NCBI RefSeq assembly: GCF_018977255.1
Contig: NW_024704743.1
Location: 43,526,001-43,590,000, forward strand
Direction: 5' to 3'
Length of the DNA stretch: 64,000 nt
From: Callorhinchus milii
Lineage: Eukaryota
Shown: positions 12,565 through 25,489 of the stretch, piece after piece
Position numbering within the stretch: position 1 is the stretch's first letter
How the letters are laid out: each line of letters opens with the position of its first letter
Made by a program: the position numbers and the translations under genes
The notes under the pieces: generated by a model
Told to the model about the DNA's origin: nothing
The model's input: only the letters and a program-made list of their open reading frames with translations
Database searches by the model: none

Positions 12565-14440
12565 TATAATAATCCTGGAGGCGAAGAACAACCCCAGGCT
12601 TCTGTTTTCTACCACATCCCGACTCCTCCGTCCCCCCCGCCACACCGCGCAGGTCATCTCCTCCAACCTTCACTGCGAGGAGATGCTGGATTACCTTGAA
12701 TCCAAAATCAAGGGAAATCGCTCCGCAGTCACTTCCCCTCCAACCTCCACCCACCCCCCACCCCCTCCCTCCCACACTCCGACTCCTACCCATCCTCCCC
12801 TACACACTTTCGTACCCGTTTCCCCACCCTCTGTCACCAAACTCATCCTATCCCTGAAACCCACCACCTGCTCCCTTGACCCCATCCCCACTCCACTCCT
12901 TATCTCCCAGCTCCACCTCCTTGCCCCACATATCACAGAAATCATCAACCTGTCCCTCTCCTCTGGCTCTGTTACCATTCCCTTAAAAACTGCCACCATC
13001 ACTCCCACTTTGAAAAAATCCTCCCTTGATGCGTCGCAGCTATCAAGCTACCGGCCCATCTCCAACCTCCCCTTCCTGTCCAAGGTCCTGGAACGAGTTG
13101 TCGCCTCCCAGCTGCGCTCTTTCCTCCCCACCCATTCATTATTCGAACCCCTTCAGTCAGGTTTCCGTGCTGCCCATAGCACAGAAACTGCCCTGGTCAA
13201 GGTCACGAATGACATCCTGACCATCTGCGACCAGGACTCCCTCTGCCTCCTCGTCCTCCTCGACCTATCGGCAGCATTTGATACGGTCGACCACGCTATC
13301 CTCCTCCACCGCTTGTCCTCCCACCTCAACCTTCAAGGCCCTGTCCTTGAGTGGTTTACGTCGTACCTCTCCCACTGTCTTCATTTTGTTTCCACGAACG
13401 GCTTTTCCTCCGGCCCCCGCACTGTCTCGTGCGGTGTCCCTCAGGGCTCTGTCCTCGGTCCCCTCCTCTTCACCCTCTATATGCTCCCCCTCGGTGACAT
13501 CATCCGCAGACATGGGGTTAACTTCCACATGTATGCGGATGACACCCAACTCTACCTTTCCTCCTCTACCCTCAACTCCACGACCACCGATGTCCTGACA
13601 GCCTGCCTGTCCGACATCGAGTCCTGGAAGAGAGACAACTTTCTTTAGCTCAACGTGCGTAAAACTGAGGCCCTCCTGATTGGCTCACGTCAGCGCCTCC
13701 GCACCTCAGGCGCTGACAGCATCAGCATCCAAGGCTGCACTCTCCATCACCTCCGGAACATCGCCAGACTACGGCACTACCTCACCCCTCACGCTGCTGA
13801 AACTCTGGTCCACACCTTTATCACCTCAAGGTTGAACTTTGGGAACTCTCTCCTCGCCGGCCTTCCCGGCACCTCCCTCCACAAGCTGCAGGTCATTCAG
13901 AACTCTGCAGCTCGTGTACTGTCCCGCACCATGCTTCGCCACCACATCACTCCCACCCTCGCTCGCCTCCACTGGCTCCCCATCCCCCAGAGGATCGAAT
14001 TCAAGATCCTCATCCTCACCTACAAGGCCATTCACGGCCTTGCTCCCTCCTACCTCTCTGACCTACTATCCCCCTACTTACCTGCTCGTACCCTCCGTTC
14101 CTCTGGCTCCGGTCTGCTCCACATCCCCCGCCCCAACCGCCCTACCATCGGTGGCCGGGCCTTTAGCCTCTCAGCCCCCAGGCTCTGGAACTCCATCCCC
14201 CAGTGCCTTCGCCGCCTCCTCCCTTTCCTCCTTCAAGGCTGGTCTCAAGACCTTTCTCTTTGACTGTGCCTTCAGCTCCCCTCTCGACTCTCTACCCCCT
14301 CCTCGCCCCCTCCCTTCCCTCCCCTCACCCTGACCATTTCCCCCCTGCTCGGGTCCTGACCCAACTGTACAGCGCCTTGGGACGTCCTCCCGACGTGAAA
14401 GGCACTCTATAAATGGAATCTTGTTGTTGTTGCTGTTGCT
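12565..14440 (+). mobile_element. 5'-truncated L2 (CR1 group) LINE with reverse transcriptase domain; inactive
   Basis: ORF 12446..13648 contains [38 protein letters not shown] and YADD. Premature TAG at 13646-13648, internal deletion near 13740, continuation in ORF 13655..14263, intact 3' tail with (GTT)n. Confidence 0.95.
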
Positions 14441-15484
14441 TGCATCTGATATATGCCTTATCACGTCTTTGAGACGTTTTGAAGTGCTTCACAGAATAAA
14501 CTGCAAAGTGAATTGACTGTATATTTTGTGGGCAAAACGTATGTCTCAGCCACAAAATGAATGTCTCTCTCTGTTGACACGCATTCCCCAACGTAAAAGG
14601 CATTATATAATTATAAATTATATTGTGTTGCCTGTCTATGTCTTTATGGGTATCTCTCTCACTCTGACTTCTCTTCTCTGACTCGCTCTGTCTTTCTGTT
14701 TCGGCCTTTCTGTTTCTGCCTTTTCCAAACTTAATGCATTTTCCTGTTCATTCCTCTCACGTGGCTCTATCTTACAGCAGGGTGCTTTTGTCTCAATGAT
14801 TGCAACTCTCAATCTATTCATGGGATTTGAACATGATGGCTATAATGAATGAAAATTGGCAAAACAAAACTCTGCCTCAGGTACGCAAAATAAAAATTCA
14901 GATGAGAAAGTAAAGCATCTGGAGAATACAGGCTCCTAATCACGATCCAGTATTTGTTGTGGGTTTGTGGGTGACCGCTTGTGTGAGCACTCAGTCAGAC
15001 TTGGCTATGATGGTTTCCACAGAGGAAAAACCTACCAACACTCATTTTCTGAGCTAGCACCTGAAGGAAATCAGGTATTGGGAACGTATCTCGGGAAAGG
15101 GAGATCCGGGTCGACATTCCTTCAGATAAAATTGAACATTAATTTCATGGCTTTTTTTGTGACATTGGTGTGTGCAAATCGAGCAGGTACGTTGGGCAGT
15201 GAGGGTGGGGTGGGAGATTGCTGCTATTATCTATAGAACTAAAGTCCAAAATGAGTCCATATCTTCAGGAGGAACAATCTAGGTAAACATCTTTGGGTGT
15301 ATGTATTGACTGCCACTCCAAACCCAGGCTCCCATCTATTTCCCCCACTTTTATCCTTTTTCCTTCTGTTCACTTTTTTTCTCTCTCTTTGAATTTTCAC
15401 ATGTTGCTTTACTACCCTGGAAATTTAGATACAAATGTAAATATGACATGTCCTGGCTAATATTTCGTCATTATTTTGTCTGTC

Positions 15485-15785
15485 GTGGTTAGAGCACTCG
15501 CTTTGCAAGTGAGAGACCTGAGTTCAATTCCCTGCAGGGCGAAACCCTGGGCAAGTTTCCTTACTCCACACACCTAATAATAATCCCTCCAAAAAAAAAT
15601 AATAAAACATTGGTCATTTTCAATCTACGACTGTTTGTGGGACATTGCTGTGCCCAATTGGCTGCCGCGTTTGCCCACAAATATACAGTCAATTCACTTT
15701 ACAGTGTGTTCTGTGAAGTGCTTTGGGACGTCCACCCGACTTGAAAAGCGCTATATCAAATGCAAGGATTATTATTATTATTATC
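15485..15785 (+). mobile_element. tRNA-derived SINE, short (internally deleted) form
   Basis: Nearly identical to 51575-51891 (reverse complement) and 63056-63373. Confidence 0.9.
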
Positions 15786-15994
15786 CAGACTCACTTCAAT
15801 ATTTCAGATTAATGGATCTTATTTATGTCACTTTGCTGGAGTAGATTGCCTGCCACATTTACTGATAGCACAACAGTCACATTAACTATTTTTCGTTGAG
15901 CACATTTAGATGTTCAATGATATTTATTAGTAACAGACGGATGGACACAAGGAAAGATGGGTGAGCGGGCAGGCAGACGGACAGAGAGACTTGT

Positions 15995-16580
15995 TTGATA
16001 GCACTCGCCTCTAGGTCAGAAGGCTGTGGATTCAAGCCCCCTGTTGGGACTTTGAGCTCACAATCTGGGCTGACACTCCAGTGCAGTGCTGAGTGAGTGC
16101 TGAGGAAGGCAGTGTCTTTCAGATGAGATCCCATCTGCCTTTTCACGTAGATGCTAAAGATCCTATGGCACTATTTGTAAAGAGAAATTAGTTTCTCCTG
16201 GTATTCTGGCCAACAATATCTGAGACCAGGGGTATCCAACCAGTCGCTCGCTGCTCGGTGGAGTCTCGTGTAAAAAATAAGAAGGAGCAATATTTAACCC
16301 AGTTTAAACAAAAATGTTTATATTTTTATTTCCAGATGCATAAAATACTTTATGCAATTGACTTCATTTTCAATTGGACTAAATATTTTCCCAGTTCTTT
16401 TATTCCTTCCTCATGCTCGAGACCACTACCTAGCAGAGATTGACTGACTGGAGATCCCTGCCCTAAGCAAATTGTTCATTCAATTCATGGTTGTTGGTTG
16501 GACATTGCTAGGTGTAAATTGGCTGCCAGTACACTTCATAACAACTCCTTATGAAGTTTTTAAACATTTCAACATTATAA
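15995..16580 (+). mobile_element. Older DeuSINE/SacSINE1-like element, interrupted by a MITE
   Basis: agcactcgcctctaggtcagaagg...ggctgacactccagtgcagtgctgag...aaattggctgcc; collinear with 37505-37935 and 44325-44780. Confidence 0.7.
16227..16460. mobile_element. hAT-like MITE
   Basis: Left end CAGGGGTATCCAACCAGTC; reverse complement of right end CAGGGATCTCCAGTCAGTC; AT-rich interior; TSD not preserved. Confidence 0.6.
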
Positions 16581-17073
16581 GCTCCATATCAAACGCAACA
16601 GCAACTTGTATTTATATAGCGCCCTTCATGTCGGATTGGGTCTCAGAGTAATCAACTGCAAGAATTATTACTATATTTTTTTGGAAGTAAGGCACATGGA
16701 AAAAAACACAAGCAAATGGAATTTAAAGATCTGCCATGAATTCAGAAGATGGGCTGAATAGCCTCCTCAGAAGGGAAAAATATGAAGGAAACATACACAC
16801 CTCAGCAATGGTCATTTGGTTTGCAATGCTTTCAATCACACTGATACTTTGTCATATACTTGCAGCCACGACTGTCATCTATATGTTAAACACTGAATTA
16901 TCATGCGCTGCATTCCTCATTCTCTCTCTCCCTCTCAAGGCCTTGTCACAATCTCTTTACAGGAGACTAAGGAAGCACAGGATTCTTATTTTAAGGACTA
17001 TTGCTCAATGAGAGAAATCTGTTCAGAGACAGATAATTATAGATTTGCTGAAAATTGAATTTGCATGTCTCAC

Positions 17074-17307
17074 CACTGTTGTGTGCTTCCAATTGTGAGG
17101 CTGAATTGACAGCCACCTTGCACAGAGAACAGTACAGCAGCCGTTTTGCCTTTTCTTCTTCTGTCTCCTTGGGAAGCGATGTGTTGCAGCTACTTGACGT
17201 GAAAGACTTCTCTGCCCCAGGGGTAGTTGGGGTAGTTTCTGTTGTCACACTATCACTTGCTGCCACCGTTGTCACTTTTGATATTGTTGCTGTCCCTTGA
17301 GTACTCT
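17074..17307 (-). CDS. ZNF385D: ZNF385D-like coding exon (234 bp), Ser/Thr-rich linker plus most of zinc finger 2
   Basis: Lies in ORF 16991..17374: ...ETEEEKAKRLLYCSLCKVAVNSASQLEAHNSG. Acceptor ttactccag|AG, donor AGTG|gtgaga; phase 1-1. Confidence 0.95.
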
Positions 17308-17399
17308 CTGGAGTAAAACAAAAAGAGGCATAAAAAAAGGATGGAAAAAATATCTGATAAACTGCGTGCCTCACAACACCAACATATGCAGTAAACCAG

Positions 17400-17650
17400 G
17401 GGACACGAGAATAAGATAGCGACCGGGATCTAAAAGAGAATTTAGGAGGAACTATTTCACACAGCTGGTAATGTGTGAAGTAGTAGTCGAACCAGATAGT
17501 ATAGATGTGTTTAAGAGGAAGCTAGATATACACATGAGGGAGAGGGGAACAGAAGGGTTTGGGGGCAAGGAGTGGGTGGAGACTCATGTGGAATGTAAAC
17601 ACCGTCACTGACTGGTTGGGCTGAATGGCCTGTTTCTGTACTGTATATGC
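17400..17650 (+). mobile_element. CR1 3' fragment
   Basis: tttaggaggaactatttcacacag...tttaagaggaagctagat...gggctgaatggcctgtttctgt. Confidence 0.7.
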
Positions 17651-17942
17651 AAATCTATGTGCAAGATGGTATCAATGCTATCAAAGGAGTTCAGGCACCA
17701 TAGGGAACAGTCAATTTTGATTTGGACACAATAGGCCATTCTTCTCATATTTACATGAAATTATATGAAAGAAGGTAACTAAACTGATGGATATAACTGA
17801 TCTAATGGATGAAATTAACTGGATTATTATATTGCATTTGATAAAGTTCATATGCGAGACTTAATAAGCTGAGATGCCATTTTCTATCTTGGCAAATGAT
17901 AAGACAGGTTTCATTGAAATCAACTGAAAAGAGTTTCTCATC

Positions 17943-18262
17943 ATAATAATAATCTTTGCATTTGATATAGCATCTTACCACATCTTCAAGACATCTCAAA
18001 GCGCTTCACAGAATATACTATAATGTGAATTGACTGTATATTTTGTGGGCGAAATGCAGCAGCCAACTATGCAGCAGTGAAGGAATTATTACCCCTGGAA
18101 AAGTAATCCGCCAATCAACTAACATCCGGGTTCCTATTTACTGCTGGGTAAACAGAGGTGTGTGGAGTATGGAAATTTGCTCAACATTTCGCCCTGCCGC
18201 TTATCGAACCCAGGTCTCTCACTTGCGAGGCGAATGCTCTAAACACTGAGCTATAGGACTCA
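17943..18262 (-). mobile_element. tRNA-derived SINE, long form with partial internal deletion
   Basis: Reverse complement of the 6417-6801 type. Confidence 0.88.
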
Positions 18263-21199
18263 ATTGAAACTGCCACCCAACCCCACTCCCACCCTCATGC
18301 ATCTATGTATCTCCCACCTCAGACTGAACTCCCACTTTGTCTCTGTAAAACGTTCTGAGAAATTGAGCACTTTTTCTTTTCCAATTTTTAAGAATAAAAC
18401 CATGAATAATTATGGCCAGCTGACTTTAAAAAACCTGTTTATTTTAGCGGAAATGAGTAACTTTGAAATTGATGGAGTCTTTCATTAGATAAAACTACAA
18501 ATTGTGTGTATTGTCATTTTTTTGGGGAAAAAAACAATTTCTTGTAATGTGCCATTTGAAAGCTATTCTTTTTTTACCTCTGCACTGGTCCTTCAAAATG
18601 TGTCATTGATTTTCTTCCACGCCCCCCATGACTTTTTAGTCTTCAATTCTTCTTTCAGGTTATCTTTACAAATGTAATCAGAGAAAAGTGACTGATAGCA
18701 ATTCACGCTGCTGATAGCCTTTTGGTGTCTGCCCCAATGTAAGGGCAAATGGAAAGTAGCAGACATGTTCTCTTGTCTTGACCAGTTTGGGAGTAAAAAA
18801 CAGCTGAATGTCAGTTTCCTGCAGAAGTAAAATCACTGCATGCTTTTTCATCCAGGAACAAGTCAAGTCTTCCACTCCAGATCTCGGAATCATCATCCTT
18901 TGTAATATTCCCAGCATGTGGTGCTGAAAATTCATAGCTCTCTGCTTGCACAAACTATTTCCATATGATTCACAAAGGCCCTGCGATAGTATTTTGCTCT
19001 CACAAAAAGACAAAATTCCACTTATTTCTTTTGATTTCAAAGGGCACAATGGAATCACCAGTCTCGCTGTATATATTAATATTCAAGCCTTTCCATACAA
19101 GAGCTTTTTACAGAATAAAGTTTCGATAGTGATGAGTTGCTGAGTGATAAATTATTAATTTGACACAAACTATCATAAATAAAAACTTGACAAACCTAAG
19201 AACAGCCACCAAAGGGTTTGAGGAGAGAGTAAGATTATTACTGACATAGCTCAACAGAAGCTCTCAGGGCAGGGAGTCACCAGAGCCTAAAATGTAGCTT
19301 TTCATCATGTAGATGAGAGAGAGAGGTTCTGTGTTAAATTGGGAGGCACTTCATTCAGGAAGTTACACCTGAAGCCGTATGCTCCGATTATAGTACACGG
19401 CAACCAAGATGAAATATGGCAGATATCAGAGAAAGACTGGCTGATATCTAAAGAGTATTCAGCTATTTTAATGCCAGCTAGAATTAATGTTTGGCCTCCA
19501 TATATCTTCCCTTTCTGGATCTCTCTTAAACTGATGCCTTTGAAGCTAGGGAAGCCAACTGATGAGTGCACAGGAGGATTTATTATTGATACCAACAATC
19601 ACAGCAGTGCTATTACTGCTAATGTGGCAGAGGGCAGACGGTGTTGGGAAGTTGTGCATCAGCCCTGGCTTCAATTGTGTTCTGAGGAAGAGGTTAACTC
19701 CAGATCGAATATTGGCAGTCTTTATATTTAACTTAGAACAAAATGGAAATGGTATTCATTATGACTTACTCCTTTGGCCTGATACAATGACACTGAGTGC
19801 TTAATTATCAATTTTACACAAATTACCATGAATAAAATCTTGGCAAACTATGAGCATCGAGGACACCACTTCCTCTAACATGGCTTTCACAGGGGAGTTG
19901 TCAATTGCTCTTTATTAAAGCCACAAATAACTCAACCCTTTTGATTTGAAGCAATGATTAATATATATAATACTAATCCTTACATTTGGTATAGCGCCTT
20001 ATCACATCAGAAGGATGTCTCAAAGCGCTTCACAGGAATTATTGTGAAATGGAGTGACTGTCTATTTGTAGACAAACGTAGCAGCACAATTACAAACAAC
20101 AATGTCCTACAAACAGCCAAGATATGAGTGACCAATTTTATTTGGAGGATTGTTGGCCAGGACACAGAGAGAAACTCCTTTCTCTTTTTGAATGGTGTCA
20201 AACGATCACATCAAACTCATATGTAATCATTTTACACTTTTGAGAACTGTTATCCACTTAATAACTGTTGAGGAATGAAAACTGTTGCAGATGTTTTGTT
20301 TGATAATTTGGGAAAGCACTTTCTGGCTTTCTGACAGTGTAAAATAAACACCAAAGAGTTAAAAAGAAGCTAGGAGTTCACAGGCAGCTTTGCAACTGAT
20401 CATAACTGATCTATTATGGATATGGATATGGAAGCAGTGCCGACAAGAGATCATCACACAAAATACGAATTTGCTGCAGTACAGGGGACCTCATTAAAAC
20501 ATGGTGTTCTGGTTCAATTGATCAGAGAATGCTACATTTCTCTCTTTTTCTCTGCCTTTCTTTCTCTCTCGCTCCGAGTCTCTTTCTTTTGAACTCTCCC
20601 TCTGACTAAATTTCTGTGTGATTCTGACATTTTATCTCTGTTGTTGATTTTCTATATCTCTATGTCACTGACTTTATCTCCCTCTTTCTCACCCATTCTG
20701 ATTTTCTAAATCAATTTATTTCTATATCTCTCTATATCTCTCTAAATTTCAGTCTCTGAGTCTCTTTTGTCTGATTCTTTCATACACATTTATTCTGCCT
20801 CTCCTTCCCCATTTATAAATTCTATCCTTTATTTATAAAATTTGCTCAGTGACATTGTTGTATCACACTAGTTCTGTTACCTAAAATGGGGACCTGAGAA
20901 TCTCACGCGTATGTACAACTAAAAATGTTTTTTTGACGGCATTGTACTTCCATACCGAAGCCCAATGCCAATAAATGGACATGCAGATCCGGCTTGCATT
21001 CTCCTCTAGATCTTTAATAATGTTAACATTTGCCTTAATCATTAAAGTCAGTTACACCATATTAAAAGTTATACCAGACATATAATGGCAGCTTGGATTT
21101 AAAGAAGTCTCAAAGCACCTAACTAATTGGGAAGAAATTCCACTTGGGTCTAGATTTACCCCATGTATAGATATTTTCGAATGTCCAGCATTTTATACA

Positions 21200-21573
21200 A
21201 ATAATAATAGTCTAGCATTTGATATAGTGCCTTATCAGGTCTTCGAGTCATCTCAAAGCGCTTCACAGAATAAACTGTAAAGTGAATTGACTGTACATTT
21301 TGTGGGTGGAACACAGCAGCCAATTGTGAACAGCAGTGTCCCACAAACAGTTGTGGATTGAGTGACCAAATTATTATTAATATTTTTTTCAAAAGGTTTA
21401 TTACCCCTGGAAAGCGATCCTCCAATTGACTAACAACCGGGTTCCTAGTTACTGCGAGGTAAACAGGTGATTGGAGTAAGGAAACTTGCTTGATGTTTCA
21501 CCCTGCCTGGAAATCAAACCCAGGTCCTTTCGCTTGTGAGATGAGTGCTCTAACCACTGAGCTACAGGACTCC
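21200..21573 (-). mobile_element. tRNA-derived SINE, long form
   Basis: Reverse complement of the 6417-6801 type, ending actgagctacaggactcc. Confidence 0.9.
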
Positions 21574-22794
21574 ACAACTTGCCAAGAATTTTGGCAAATT
21601 CTTAAGTTCAGCCTTAGTTTGAAGCAGGTTATCTGTAAACTAATTTAAGAACGACAGAAGGACTGTTCGCACTAAGGTGACTCATGCTTTGTATTTGTAT
21701 GATGTTTTAACTTCCTTCATGGTGCAGTGAGTAAGGTATTCATATCTCAAAGAATACTGTACAATATGCACACTGCAGGGAGTGAACAATGAAGACAGAA
21801 AAAAATGAAGACTCAATGACTTCAAAGTTAAGACTGAATTCAGCAACTTGCCATATTCCATATGTTCTAAAATGCTAGATAGAGCAAATCTATACTCAGG
21901 TGGGATTTCTCCCCATTTGGATGTCCTCCTGACGTGAAAGGCACTTTACAAATATAATTTTGTATTGTATCCTTCATGCAGGGTAATAATAATAATCCTT
22001 GCATTTGATATAGCATCTTATCATGTTGTTGAGACATCTCAAAGTGCTTCACAGAATATGCTGTAATAATAATAATCCTTGCATTTCATATAGCATCTTA
22101 TCATGTCTTCGAGACATCTCAAAGCTCCCCACAAGTTATGTTGTAAAGTGAGTTGACTGTATATTTTGTGGGTGAAAATAGTAGTATCTCAGAGCACTGA
22201 GCAGAGAGCAAGCAGTAGAACAAAATCATAAGAGCAGAAGATATGGGGTGAAAATATCATATCTATATTTAAAAATATATTTAGCTACTGTAAAGTGATA
22301 AAACCAAAGACGCTACATATATTCTTTTTGTGATATATTTATGAAGCTTTTTAAGGATCAAATGGATTTGTATTCAACCTTGCCAGTGTTCATTTTGTAC
22401 AGTATTCTTTTGAATAGCTTTTTCATCTTCTCACTGCACCATAAAGGGAGTTCAAGCAACATACAAATACAAAGCATAAGTCACCTTAGTGTGAACAGAT
22501 TGTGTAGCACGGGATACTGCTTTCCCATTGTGTGCCAGGCTGCTATAATAACAAACTTAGTTTCTAGGAGCTCCCTAGGTATTAGTGACAGGGCAGCACG
22601 GAAACCTATGCGACAACCTCCATCTGTGACACAAGGACAAATAAATCTAAGCCCCCAGAATCGATGGAGGGTAACATTTTATTCTGAGAATAGTCTTGGT
22701 ATAATATCTAGTTATACAGTTAAAATCCTTGGCATTGGAACTAGGTCAATGGGTTTAAAGCCCTGTTTAAAGTGTACGTGATGCACTGATGTCG

Positions 22795-23180
22795 ACCTCA
22801 AGATCCTTACATTCGTGTTCAAACCCATTCGCTCCCTGGCACCTACCTACCTCCCTACCTCCTCACTCCCCAATCCACCACCTGGTGCCTTCGCTCGACT
22901 GACACCGGCCTCCTGCTCGTACTTCGCACCCTCTGCCCCACCATTGGAGTTTGCACTTTCAGCCACTACACCCCAAAACTCTGGAACACTCTCCCTCAAT
23001 CCCTCTACCTTGCCCCCTCTCTTCCCTCTTTCAACTCCTACCTGAAAACTTTCCTCTTCAACCATGCTTACGCCTACCTCCCACCTCTCATCGGCTCGAA
23101 GTCAGGCTCTGCCCATGTTAAGCGCTCTGAGACGCTACCCTGCATGGAAGGTGCTATATAAGTGCAAGTTGTTGTTGTTG
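22795..23180 (+). mobile_element. L2 3' fragment (second tail type)
   Basis: FKPIRSLAPTYL; tail aagcgctctgagacgctaccc...gtgctatataagtgcaa(GTT)n. Confidence 0.8.
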
Positions 23181-24349
23181 AAAAGTTACACAGCGAGCAC
23201 CATTGGCAGGCATTCATTCATGATATATAATTACTGGATTCATAGACAAATCTTAACATGTGCATTTCGCAAACTTCACAAATTGCATTTAAAGGAGTAT
23301 TTCAAGCAACACGTTACAATTTTTTTTGAACAAGTTCACTGAGTTGCCCAAAATGTGTTTTTTTTTGTTTACGCTTTATTGTAACAAAATAAGAGTAGTT
23401 CTGAAGGTTTGCAATGTATTCATAAATCTTACAGTGCTTACTGTCATCAGCTACTTTTCATCTGAGCGATCACGCTCAAAACAGACATCTGTTAATGTGC
23501 CAGCACCTTGCACTCCCTGCTGCCTCCTCTCTTTGATGCAGCAGCAATTGCAAAGTGTCACTATATCATCCAGCAAATTTTGCATACATCTATTCACACA
23601 TGAGAGCACACTTGATGTGATATATCATCGCCATCTTCATCTGTCCTTCAGCAAAAATCAAGTTCAGCACCTCAGCCCATCTCCTAGTCCCGTTTCCCCA
23701 CACTCTTAGTCTAGTTGTTGCATAGAACTCTGAGTTTGGTTTGGCTGCTCCTAAGCATGCGTCAGACACCCAGCTGACCCCCACAAAATTGTCTAGTCAA
23801 ATATGGCACTGTCCAGCAATAACAATAATGCAGTCCAAAATGCTGATTGGGCTAACAGCTCATTGGTAAAAATCTTCATATCCATTCTGGTGCCCTCAAT
23901 AACCAATAATGAAAGGTTTGCAGGTCATTATGTAATCCTTCTTATTGCTTAATTACGTTTCTATGTTCTTGTACATGATTAGCCCATGAGCTATGAGCCC
24001 AACCCATATGTTGAACTCCAATGTCAATCTGTGGTGCAATGAGTAATCTAAAGATGGACATGACTGTTTAGAAGTCTTAAGTCCTCACTTTAAATGATGG
24101 CAAAACTAGCAACCCTCTCTGCAAAGAGATGGACTGTTGTTTGACAAAATGTATTGAGACAACCATCTTCTTTATTTTATTTTTGCAGGATCAATTAGAG
24201 CATATTTTACTACATATAATTATTAATTGTACACTATTTATTAATTCATTACTATAACATAACACAGCAACAGGCTGTTCATATGCATGGTGCCAGTTAA
24301 GCACTCTGGGAGCTCCCTGCGTGAGAGGTCCTATATAAATGCAAGCTAT

Positions 24350-24735
24350 ATAAATCCTCACACTCGTGTTCAAATCCTTTCACTCTCTGGCACCTCCCTA
24401 CCTTTCTAACCTCCTCACTGTCCACTCCACCTCTCGGAGTCTCATTGCTCATCTCCGCTGGACTGGCACCGGTCTCCTGCTCGTCCCTGGCACCCTCTGC
24501 TTCACCATTGGAGGTAGTGCTTTCAGCCACTACGCCCCAAAACTCTGGAACACTCTCCCTCAATCCTTCCGCCTTGCCCCCTCTCTCCCCTTTTTCAAGT
24601 CCTGCCTGAAAACCTTCCTCTTCTTCTGGCCACCTCCCCCTTCCCCCTGGCTCAGAGTCAGGCTCCACCACTGTTAAGCGCTTTGAGACGCTACACTCCG
24701 TGTAGGGCGCTATATAATGCAAATTGTTGTTGTTT
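24350..24735 (+). mobile_element. L2 3' fragment (second tail type)
   Basis: FKSFHSLAPPYLSNLL...IGGSAFSHYAPKLWN. Confidence 0.8.
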
Positions 24736-25489
24736 TCATTATTCGGTCCATCTAGTCTGTGCTCATGTTTATACTCCACATGAACCTCCACATCACATAC
24801 CTACACCCATACCTATACCCATTATCTTTTCTCTCATGCAGTGGAGTATCATTGCTCATCAGAGCAGAGCATCTCATAATGAAACTTTGACACAAACCTA
24901 CCCTCTTTCTCACGTGTACCTTGTTACTCTAGTTGAAGAAAGGAAATTCCAATCAAAACTAGTAGGGCCAGTCTTTCCCCCAAACAGTTCACCTGGGTTG
25001 AAAGTATGGTGCCAGTTTTAATAACTTTAGTATCCCTGGAGGCGCATTAGTTAAAAAATAAAATAATAACAACCTTCGTATTTGATATAACCTCTTTTAC
25101 ATTGTGAGGATATCACAAAGAGCTTCACAGATTTTGCTGTAAAGTATAGTGACTGTATATTTTGTAGGTAAGCACGGCAGCCAGTTTACTCAGCAATGTC
25201 AGGTAAGCAAGCAGCTATGAAGTGATTGATCAATTTTATCTGGGGAATTGTTGGCCAAGACACCAGAAGAAACTCATTTCTCTTTTCAAATAGCGCCATG
25301 GGATCTTTAATATCCACTTGAACAGGGGACCAGGACCTCGGTTTAACTTCTCAACTGAAGAATGGCATCTTACAATGCAAAACCTCCCCCAGCACTCTAT
25401 TAGTGATACGATCATCCCTGGAGGCAATGACTACGGTAAACTGACTTAGTTTATCATTTCTTTCTGAAGACAGCAGGGTTAATAATTTA

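Noticed and set aside
12446..14263. 400-aa RT ORF as a novel RT system or domesticated gene
   Set aside because: Ordinary 5'-truncated L2 with a premature stop and an internal deletion; the N-terminal ~40 aa are flanking read-through.
19339..19731. 130-aa ORF and other 60-150 aa ORFs in introns
   Set aside because: No recognisable domains or splice context; consistent with chance ORFs or repeat-derived frames.
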